Assembly (NCBI GenBank): GCA_050115495.1
Contig: JASFQK010000010.1
Span: 96,360 to 160,359, forward strand
From: Phycisphaerae bacterium
GTDB taxonomy: Bacteria > Planctomycetota > Phycisphaerae > UBA1845 > Fen-1342
Reading direction: 5' to 3'
DNA: 64,000 nt
Shown: in pieces, positions 38,122 through 46,216 of the stretch
How the letters are laid out: each line of letters begins with the position of its first letter
How positions within the stretch are numbered: the first letter of the stretch is position 1
Notes under the pieces: model-generated
Told to the model about the DNA's origin: nothing
Seen by the model: the letters and a program-made list of their open reading frames with translations, nothing else
Database searches by the model: none
Position numbers and translations under genes: made by a program

Positions 38122-38349
38122 GGTGGGGCTTTCACCGGCCATTGGCCGGTGCCACACTAGGAGGCGGGGATTGTCTAGCAAGCCTATGGCGCGGCGCTCG
38201 GGGCCGAATTACACCGGCGGTCTGACGTGCACTGGCGAGGACGCGGGGCCGGTTGAGCGAGGGCGTTGGTTCTCGAAAGAGAATCGCCGGGTCGGCCCTG
38301 TGGTATCGAGCCGGCCCGGCGGTTCATTGAAGCTGCGATCAGCGTTGGT

Positions 38350-39741
38350 CTAGAACTTCCAGCCGGGGCGATACTCCTTGGTGAGGAACTCGTTCGCCTC
38401 GGGCAGGTTGGTGATGCGCATGTTGGGACCGTCCCACTTCAGCGGGCGGCCGACGCGCAGGGCCACGTTGCCCAGCAACACGGCCTCGGTGAACGGGCCG
38501 GCGTAGCCGAAGTTCGAGCCGGTGTAGTCGAGCGGCTTTTCGCCGGTGGCGGCCAGGATCCACTCCTCGATCTGGCCGGGGGAGCGCTCGAGCATCTTGG
38601 GCGGCTTGCCGACTTCCTTCATGCGCGACTCCGGGATGATACGCGGGCTTTCGAGGTAGTCGCCGGAGATGAGCATGGAGGCCTTCGTGCCGATGAAGAG
38701 GTTGCCGGTATCGGGCAGTGTGCGGCCCTGCTCGAGGTGGTCGGGCAGGCGGGGCTTGAGGCCGCCGTCGTACCAGTAGGTGGTGAACGCCCGGCGTCCC
38801 TTGCGGGCAGGGAACTCCCACTTGATCAGCGAGGAGTTGGGGAACGCCTCAGCCGTGAGGGGCGTGGCGGCGATGGGCTCGACAGAGGTGGGCGAACCGG
38901 GGTCGAGCACGGCGAAGATGCCGTCCATCGTGTGGCAGGCCATATCGCCGAGGGCGCCGCAGCCGAAGTCGAACCAGCCGCGCCAGACGAACGGGTGGTA
39001 GATCTTGTCCTTAAAGGCACGTTCGGGGGCCGGTCCGAGCCAGGCGTCCCAGTTGAGCTGCTCGGGGACGGCGTCGGTCTCTTCGGGGCGGATCATGGCC
39101 TGGGGCCAGACGGGGCGGTTGGTCCAGGTGTGCGTTTCGAGCACGTCGCCGATGGCGCCGCTGTGCACCCACTCGAAGACGAGGCGCCAGCCCTGCATGG
39201 AGTGGCCCTGGTTGCCCATCTGCGTGGCGACCTGGTACTTGCGGGCGGCCTCGGTCAACTGGCGGGCTTCCCAGACGGTGTGCGTGAGCGGCTTCTGCGT
39301 GTAGACGTGCTTGCCGAGCTGCATGGCGATCATCGTCGCCGGATAGTGATGGTGGTCGGGAACGCCGACCATGACCGCGTCGAAGTTCATGTGTTCCTTG
39401 TCGAACATCTCGCGGTAGTCCTGGTAGGCCTTGGCCTGGGGGTGGAGCTCGGCGGCCTTTTCCATTCGCCGCGTGTCGACGTCGCAGTAGCAGGGGCAGA
39501 CGACGGGCAGTTCGGCGGTGGAGTCGAGGTGGTAGCCGCCGATGCCGCCGGTGCCGATGAAGGCGACGCGCAGCTTCTCGCGGCGGGGCAGCAGGACGCC
39601 GCGGTGGAGGCCTTGCGGCATGAACCGTTCGCCGCGACCCGAGGCACAGCCCTGGAGGCTGCTGGCCAGGAGCGTGGCTCCGGCGGCGGTGGCGGCGTTC
39701 TTCAGGAACCGGCGACGGCTGGAACGACGTTCGTCTTGCAT
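38350..39741 (-). CDS. Tat-exported Gfo/Idh/MocA oxidoreductase
   Basis: SRRRFLK signal, IGTGG.G, PDHHH, KHVY.QKP, TQMGNQ, WLGPAP, GALGDMACH. Confidence 0.94.
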   Translation of the reverse strand: MQDERRSSRRRFLKNAATAAGATLLASSLQGCASGRGERFMPQGLHRGVLLPRREKLRVAFIGTGGIGGYHLDSTAELPVVCPCYCDVDTRRMEKAAELHPQAKAYQDYREMFDKEHMNFDAVMVGVPDHHHYPATMIAMQLGKHVYTQKPLTHTVWEARQLTEAARKYQVATQMGNQGHSMQGWRLVFEWVHSGAIGDVLETHTWTNRPVWPQAMIRPEETDAVPEQLNWDAWLGPAPERAFKDKIYHPFVWRGWFDFGCGALGDMACHTMDGIFAVLDPGSPTSVEPIAATPLTAEAFPNSSLIKWEFPARKGRRAFTTYWYDGGLKPRLPDHLEQGRTLPDTGNLFIGTKASMLISGDYLESPRIIPESRMKEVGKPPKMLERSPGQIEEWILAATGEKPLDYTGSNFGYAGPFTEAVLLGNVALRVGRPLKWDGPNMRITNLPEANEFLTKEYRPGWKF

Positions 39742-40424
39742 GGTGATTCTCACTGCTTCGTGGACCATCTCCCCAGACTGGACCCTCTTATAACGCGCCG
39801 GTGGCGGGGTCGGCGAGTCGCGGGGGGCGGCTTTTTCGGTTCCTGGCGGGGCGATCCGGGTGGCCGGCGACGGCGAGTCGGCGCTGAGCTCGTCAGAGAG
39901 GCTTGAGGGGCACCCCGTGTAATTCAAGATTGGATTTTGGATCGCCCGGATTCGCCATAAGTATTTTCTGTGAATGTAGTTGTGTTCGCTACGATCGGTT
40001 GGCGATACGGCGGCGATGCGACGTTCGGCGGATTCAGGATGTCCCCCGGCGACGTGAGCTCGACGACTGCTCGTCTCCGGTGCGCGTCCAAGCAACGGCG
40101 ATGGACGTCGCGCAACCCGCTCAGAAGCTGGCGTTCCACGCCTGCGCCGAGCTCGGCAACGAACACGTGCTCGCCGCTATCCCCGAGATCCGGCCACTGT
40201 CGACGACCGATCCCGAGTCAGTCGCCGAAGTCACCAAGTGGCTCGACAGCCACACCGAGCCGGTGGGGAAGGGCCACGCACCCGCGCAGCCGCTCAATCC
40301 CGGCGTGCCGAGATTCAAGCGGCGCGTGACCGTCTGAGCATCCGTTTTGATCTAGAGTGCTCCCGGACAAGTCCTAGAGCTTCTCGCCCCGTGCGCGCCG
40401 GGCGGCGGCGCGTCGTGCATCGAC

Positions 40425-42911
40425 TTACGTGCCAGATTGCACTTGGAATACCGCGAAGTCTGTAAGATCGACATCCGTGTCGAGGTCAAGATCGGCACCG
40501 TCGCAGTCCGGCGCCGGGGTCACCAGCGGGCCTGACATGCAGCCAGCTAAGACGTTGAAGTCGTTGATGTCCACATCACCATCGCCATCGAGGTCAGATA
40601 CCAAGCCCGAAGTGCCAGCGAATTCGAATGCGCCCATGTCGACCACCCAGGGATAGCTTGGCGGATCCGACACGCCGGAGTCGATCGTCCCGGGGTCGTC
40701 CGCGAACCGGGGCAATCCGTCGAGATCGAGTGGCGTGCGCTCGGCGCTGTCACCGTCGTGGTCGAGGTCCGCAACGTCGGCGGAAACGACCAGATTGCTG
40801 CCTGCGTCGATGCACGGCGAGCCGGCCGCCAGCCGGTAGTCGTTGTCCACCAAAGTCTGGGGATCGCCATCCGGCCCGTCCGGATCGAGAAATTGGGGGG
40901 CGAGCGCGATGTTACCTGTCCCCAGCCAGCCATCCTGGATGCAGCAATATGTCACCGACGCATTACCGTGGATCTGCGCCTCCATCGGCGCGGTATTGCC
41001 CCAGAGAACGCAGTTGGTGATCGCCAGGGTGGCCGCCGAAGACTCGCCCCAGATCGCCCCGCCATGAACAACAGCCCCGTTGCCGACGAATGTGCAGTTT
41101 GCAATGTTGAGTAGCGCGTCGCTGTTGGTCTCGTGATCGATTGCCCCTCCCCCGGTTGCCGCGCTGTTTCTAGCAAACAGGCAGTTTACCAGGCTCGCAC
41201 GGGAGTCGTTGAAAGTATGAAATGCGCCGCCATCAGCCGTTGCATAGTTGTAGACAAAAATGCAATTAACGACCAGCGATGAGCCTCCATCATCGAACAC
41301 TGCGCCGCCTGCCAGCGCCTCATTATCGCGGAACACGCAATTGAGGAGCGTTGGTCCGGCGTTGACAACATGGACTGCCCCAGCGCGGAACGACGAATGC
41401 CCGTTCATCAGAGTGAAGCCCGCGATAACGGAACTCGTCGTCTCGCCCGAGTGGAAGTGGAAGCCCCGGCCACTACCTTCGCAATCGATAATACACAGCG
41501 CTGGGTCGCCCGACGCGCTGCGTACGGTGATTGCCTTGCCGCCAAAGTCCAGATTCTTGTTGCCCGCGCCGGTGTAGGTCCCATCGGCAACCTCAATGAT
41601 GTCGCCGTTCGCCGCTACGTCGATCGCGCCTTGAATGGTCGCATAATCTGCAGGTACGCATAGCGTCATGCTGGAGGCATCGGGGTAGATCTGGAGAACA
41701 GCGTACTCTTCATCCGGATCGCAGCCTTGCCAGGGGCAGTGCAGGTTGTCTATCGCATACCAGGCGGTGTGGCTATCTGCCCACCCGTAGTTCATGTGAA
41801 ACTGGTCGATTCCGTCGTCGTCGGACCACCCGTCACACACGATCGCGTGGCTGAAGATGCGGTACAGGATCGGTCGGCCGGCGTTGATCTCATTCTGGAT
41901 GAGCGCGAACCAAGAACTCGGCGTGTGGTCAACGCGATCCTCCCGATTGATCGCGGCGTCATACCGGAAGTATGTCGGGAGGACGGTTTGGGCGAAGCTC
42001 GTCGACGCTCCTGACCCACAGGCGCCGTAGTCCATCTCAAACGCGACGCCGACCTCGTAACAGAGTTCGGCCAACGCCGCATCCTGATCCGGGCTGCATC
42101 CTCCGGTGCAGTCGTCGGGCATGTCTGACCAAGCGTAGCTGTCCGCGTAGTTTGCAGTGAGCGTGGCACCGCTTGTGGAGCCGCCGCAGGAATCGTCACC
42201 GTCCCAGTCGTACTCGTGCTCGCCGGTCCCGTAAGGTGGCCATTGGTGATATCGCATAATCTGGGCGGTCGCCGTTGCGACACAGCCGACGACGCAACGG
42301 TCCCCGTCTCCCATTGGGCAGTCGTTGTTATACGGAGGTCCTTGATGCCAAGCCGTAGTTAAGAGGGGGCCGACGGCGGCGCGTTCGCGACCACGACCTT
42401 CGTCCAACGTCTTCTCGAAGTCGACGCCCGCCAGCGCATACCTGTCCCACTGCGACCGGTTGCCCGGATCGAATAACACGTCCCCGCCCCTGGGTTGGAC
42501 TGCGTCGAGACTTCCATATGCGTCGGCGAATAGCCGAAGCCGGTGAGCGAGAACTTCGCGGAGCAAGTCTGTCATTCTATCGGGCGCGCTCGCGTCAAGA
42601 TTAGAGGTCTGAGAATACGCCTTGACCGGTGGGAGTTCCTTTAGTGCCGGGACCACGACGTAGCCCTGAGGGGTGATGGCGAAGCAGTGCGCGAGGAGAA
42701 TCCCATCCTCCTCGAGCGGTACAGCGCTAATGATCGTGGGATCAGCTTGGCCAGCCCAAGTCCCTCCATGCGCGACAACCGATGTGAGCCAGTTCTCACA
42801 TACCTGCTCCATCTCGGCGGGGGTGGGGACTTCAGCCTGCGTCGTTGGGCCCACGAGACAGCACGCGAACGCGACAAGGAGCATCGTCTGGAGCGCACGA
42901 GGCGGATTCAT
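40425..42911 (-). CDS. Secreted peptidase C10 (streptopain-like) with beta-helix and dockerin/EF-hand-like tail
   Basis: WHQ..PYN..CP, VGCVATATAQIM, HAIVCDG, FHMNYGW; VPADYATIQ beta-helix cap; DLDGDGDVDINDF. Confidence 0.92.
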   Translation of the reverse strand: MNPPRALQTMLLVAFACCLVGPTTQAEVPTPAEMEQVCENWLTSVVAHGGTWAGQADPTIISAVPLEEDGILLAHCFAITPQGYVVVPALKELPPVKAYSQTSNLDASAPDRMTDLLREVLAHRLRLFADAYGSLDAVQPRGGDVLFDPGNRSQWDRYALAGVDFEKTLDEGRGRERAAVGPLLTTAWHQGPPYNNDCPMGDGDRCVVGCVATATAQIMRYHQWPPYGTGEHEYDWDGDDSCGGSTSGATLTANYADSYAWSDMPDDCTGGCSPDQDAALAELCYEVGVAFEMDYGACGSGASTSFAQTVLPTYFRYDAAINREDRVDHTPSSWFALIQNEINAGRPILYRIFSHAIVCDGWSDDDGIDQFHMNYGWADSHTAWYAIDNLHCPWQGCDPDEEYAVLQIYPDASSMTLCVPADYATIQGAIDVAANGDIIEVADGTYTGAGNKNLDFGGKAITVRSASGDPALCIIDCEGSGRGFHFHSGETTSSVIAGFTLMNGHSSFRAGAVHVVNAGPTLLNCVFRDNEALAGGAVFDDGGSSLVVNCIFVYNYATADGGAFHTFNDSRASLVNCLFARNSAATGGGAIDHETNSDALLNIANCTFVGNGAVVHGGAIWGESSAATLAITNCVLWGNTAPMEAQIHGNASVTYCCIQDGWLGTGNIALAPQFLDPDGPDGDPQTLVDNDYRLAAGSPCIDAGSNLVVSADVADLDHDGDSAERTPLDLDGLPRFADDPGTIDSGVSDPPSYPWVVDMGAFEFAGTSGLVSDLDGDGDVDINDFNVLAGCMSGPLVTPAPDCDGADLDLDTDVDLTDFAVFQVQSGT

Positions 42912-43514
42912 GGTTTCACTCCCGGGTTGCAGTGCGAAGGGCGATCATCTTGCACTATACCGTCGCCAATGGCCGCGAAGCAACGGATTCCAGAGTAGCC
43001 AGCGCGGGCTGTGCGCTAGTGTTCAGTATTTCATGCGCTGGGACTGATCACTGGGCGCACCGAATTCCGGCGCAGAGTGGCGGCCCTGACGGCCTCCATG
43101 TCATAAGTTAGGCTTCACACGATGGTTGCGTGTACTTCGATCGTGTGCCGGGCCGTACACGCCCATAGTCGCTGCCCAAAGAGAGGCTTCCGTTCTTGTT
43201 GAACTCAGCCGAATGGCCGGCCGTTGCGCTCCGTGCGTGATGCCGCCAATCCAACTCCATTCCCCTATTGGCAAGGAGGCTTCCATGACCATTCTCACTG
43301 TGCCTGCACCGCAGGCGAACGCCGTTTCGAACGACGGCGAACAGTCCATCAGTCTGTTCGTTCGGGTACCTGTTCGTCATCCGGGCGCCGCAGAAGGTCC
43401 TGCCGGATCGGCAACGACGTCGATCGCCGGCGTCGGGCGCTGCCCAAGGCTGCGTCCCGGCATTGGCGGGCGTTGGGGGGCGGGTTACGATAATGGGATA
43501 AGGAGTGCCATTCC

Positions 43515-44471
43515 ATGGACAGAAACCGCCAGAATCCTTCGGATGTGAGCGAGAGCGTGCGATTCGATCGTCGGACGGCGTTGCGAGTTGCCGCCGCGGG
43601 GGCGGCTGGTTTGACGCTGGCGCCGCTCGGTCAGTTGGCCTACGCCGGCGACGATCGGCCGCTCTTTCAGATCTCTCTCGCCGAGTGGTCGCTGCATCGG
43701 GCGCTGTACGCCGACGAGCTGAGCAATCTGGACTTCCCGGCGACGGCGAAGAAGGAGTACGGGATCGAGGCGGTCGAGTACGTCAGCGTGTTCTTCAAGG
43801 ACAAGGCGGAGGATCAGGCGTACCTGGCGGATTTGAAGAAGCGGGTGGCGGACGCCGGCGTGCGCAGCCTGCTCATCATGGTCGATGGCGAGGGGGCCCT
43901 GGGGGCGCCGGACGAGGCCGAACGCCGCACCGCCGTCGAGCGGCACTTCAAGTGGGTGGCGGCGGCGAAGACGCTGGGCTGCCACTCGATCCGGGTCAAC
44001 GCGGCGAGCTCGGGCACGTTCGACGAGCAGATGCGGCTGGCGGCGGACGGCCTGCGGCGGCTGACGGAGCACGCCGCCAAGCAGGAGCTGAACGTCCTGG
44101 TCGAGAATCACGGCGGGTTGTCGTCGAACGGCGAGTGGCTGGCGGGCGTGATGAAACGCGTGGATCATCCACGCTGCGGCACGCTGCCGGATTTCGGCAA
44201 CTTCAACCTGGGCGACGGGAAGACGTACGATCGCTATCGCGGCGTGGCGGAGATGATGCCGTTTGCCAAGGCGGTGAGCGCGAAGTCGCACGATTTTGAC
44301 GAGCGGGGCAACGAGATTCACACGGATTATCGCCGAATGCTGAAGATTGTGCTCGAGGCGGGGTACCACGGGCATATCGGCGTGGAGTACGAGGGCGACA
44401 AGCTGAGCGAACCGGAGGGCATCCGCGCCACGAAGCGCCTGCTGGAGCGCATGCGCGAGGAATTCGCGTAA
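43515..44471 (+). CDS. Tat-exported sugar-phosphate isomerase/epimerase (xylose isomerase-like TIM barrel)
   Basis: DRRTAL signal, [37 protein letters not shown]. Confidence 0.92.
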   Translation: MDRNRQNPSDVSESVRFDRRTALRVAAAGAAGLTLAPLGQLAYAGDDRPLFQISLAEWSLHRALYADELSNLDFPATAKKEYGIEAVEYVSVFFKDKAEDQAYLADLKKRVADAGVRSLLIMVDGEGALGAPDEAERRTAVERHFKWVAAAKTLGCHSIRVNAASSGTFDEQMRLAADGLRRLTEHAAKQELNVLVENHGGLSSNGEWLAGVMKRVDHPRCGTLPDFGNFNLGDGKTYDRYRGVAEMMPFAKAVSAKSHDFDERGNEIHTDYRRMLKIVLEAGYHGHIGVEYEGDKLSEPEGIRATKRLLERMREEFA

Positions 44472-44735
44472 CGCCGGCGGGGATGGCGCGCGGAAGCGTA
44501 TCGTCGGCGGGGACGGTGCTCGAACGCGTAGGGTAAACGCGGCCGCGCTCACACGCGTAGGGCAGGCGGGGCGGCGCTCGAGCGCGTCGGGCAGGGGGGC
44601 GGTGTTCGAGCGGGTAAGGCAGGCGCGGCAGCGTTCACACGCGCATTGTCGGCGGGGGCGGTGCTCGGATGCGTGTTGCCGGCGGGCGCGGTGATGCTCC
44701 GATGCGTATAGTCGGCGGGAGGGTGGCGACGCTCC
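44466..44735. repeat. Degenerate tandem array of nine ~28-33 bp units
   Basis: Units start at 44466, 44496, 44526, 44555, 44584, 44612, 44641, 44671, 44704; consensus about gcgta..g..ggcgggg.cggtgctcga. Confidence 0.75.
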
Positions 44736-44866
44736 TGCTCGTGCTGGCGGCGGAGAAACGGACAGCGTGGGGCGTGATTGCAGGGACGCGAGCCTCGTGC
44801 GGCGGGTTGCCGCGAGACGGCGATCAGCCGCCGGCAACGAAGCCGGCGGAATCGCCGGCGACACCC

Positions 44867-44894
44867 TTGACTCTCCTGGCGGCGCGGTTAGGCT
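44867..44894 (+). promoter_or_regulatory. Promoter of tRNA-fMet
   Basis: TTGACT-16 nt-TAGGCT immediately upstream of the tRNA. Confidence 0.5.
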
Positions 44895-44908
44895 TTGACG
44901 AAGACGGC

Positions 44909-44981
<73 letters not shown>

Positions 44982-44992
44982 GTGCCTAACTT

Positions 44993-45035
44993 ACGCAGGA
45001 TCAAGGAGTTGGCTCCGGATCCTGCGTTTTCTTTT
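44993..45035 (+). terminator. Intrinsic terminator after the tRNA
   Basis: acgcaggatc..ggag-ttgg-ctcc..gatcctgcgt followed by tttctttt. Confidence 0.75.
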
Positions 45036-45270
45036 GCGCAGGGGTGACCAAAAGGTGCCCACCGCAAACGTCGCAGGGTCCGGAGGGATCAAGGAGACCC
45101 TGCGATGCCCCTCCCGTTCTGGTTTGACGGCCAAGTGTTCAAGACCGGCAGTCGTGCTCCTCCGACCTAACGCTCGTCGAGCATGGGACTCGGCGGTTAC
45201 ACGTGGATTCCGTCGCCTTCGACACAAGGCCGACGTATTGTCTGATCACCCGCAGGACGCCGGTGACGTG

Positions 45271-45720
45271 ATGCTCCAGCTCCGCCGCATGTTGCCCGCG
45301 CAGGGTTGGCTGACCGAACGGATGGCCAGGCTCCGGACACGCGCGCACCTTGCCCGGAAGGGACACATTGCCCGAATTGATGAACTGAAAAGCACTGTCG
45401 GCGAATTGCCGGCCAGAGCGAAGGCCAAGGTCTCGCGTGAGCTCCGCGCCAGGTACCACGAACTAAAGATCGACGAGCGCATCGAACGCCTTGACCGCCT
45501 GGTGGCAAGCAACGAACGATCGGTGCGTGACCTGACACAGCAAGCTCAAGCTCGTCTCGCCAGCCATGACTATCAGAAGCTAGTCGACATTCTCAAAGCC
45601 GCGGAGAACACTCAGAAGCGCTGCACGCGCTTGATCAACCTCATCGAGCGCACAGAAAAGAAACTGCTTGCCGTCGCGGAGAACGCCGCCAAAAAAGCCC
45701 GCGAGGTGAACGATGCGTGA
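45271..45720 (+). CDS. Hypothetical coiled-coil protein
   Basis: Heptad-like helical ORF; stop overlaps the next GTG; start uncertain. Confidence 0.65.
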   Translation: MLQLRRMLPAQGWLTERMARLRTRAHLARKGHIARIDELKSTVGELPARAKAKVSRELRARYHELKIDERIERLDRLVASNERSVRDLTQQAQARLASHDYQKLVDILKAAENTQKRCTRLINLIERTEKKLLAVAENAAKKAREVNDA

Positions 45721-46094
45721 ACTACGCTCCTACTGCCCGGCTGGAGGACCGCCTTGGTCCACACGAGCCACCGTACCGTTCTCGGGGAGAAGCCCAGGTC
45801 GGCCGGCTCCTTGATCGCTCCGGAATACCCTTCTTCTACGAACAGCCTACGCTCATCTACGACCGCGGCCGCCACCGGATCTGGTACCCGGACTTCACGT
45901 TGCCAACGTACAACGGTCTGATCGTCGAGTATGCCGGCATGATGGACATCCCCAGCTATGCCGCCGGCATCCACCACAAGGTCGTCACGTACGCAACTAA
46001 CGGCATTCCGGCGTTGTTCATCTATCCCACCGACCTGCAGCACCGCGCGTGGCCAACACGGTTCATAAGGCATGTCTACAAGACTATTCACTGA
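45717..46094 (+). CDS. Small PD-(D/E)xK-like nuclease domain protein
   Basis: RSRGE..LL..GIPF.YEQ..WYPDFTLP..IVEYAG. Confidence 0.75.
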   Translation: MNYAPTARLEDRLGPHEPPYRSRGEAQVGRLLDRSGIPFFYEQPTLIYDRGRHRIWYPDFTLPTYNGLIVEYAGMMDIPSYAAGIHHKVVTYATNGIPALFIYPTDLQHRAWPTRFIRHVYKTIH

Positions 46095-46216
46095 TCCAGG
46101 TACGCCACGACGCAACGCTCTGCCGCGTGGCCGTCCGGCCACCTGAACATCGATTGTGCAAGACCCGCTTCTCCCACTCCCGCGGACACTGGCGCACGTT
46201 GCACCAAGCGCGGAAC

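Noticed and set aside
39903..40337. 144-aa ORF upstream of the Gfo/Idh/MocA gene
   Set aside because: No credible start or motif; at most a gene fragment at the edge of the C10 patch.
43101..43548. Short overlapping ORFs between the C10 protease and the TIM-barrel gene
   Set aside because: Conflicting frames with no motifs; a gene call cannot be supported.
44466..44735. CRISPR array
   Set aside because: The units are contiguous and degenerate with no unique spacers, and there are no cas genes in the window.
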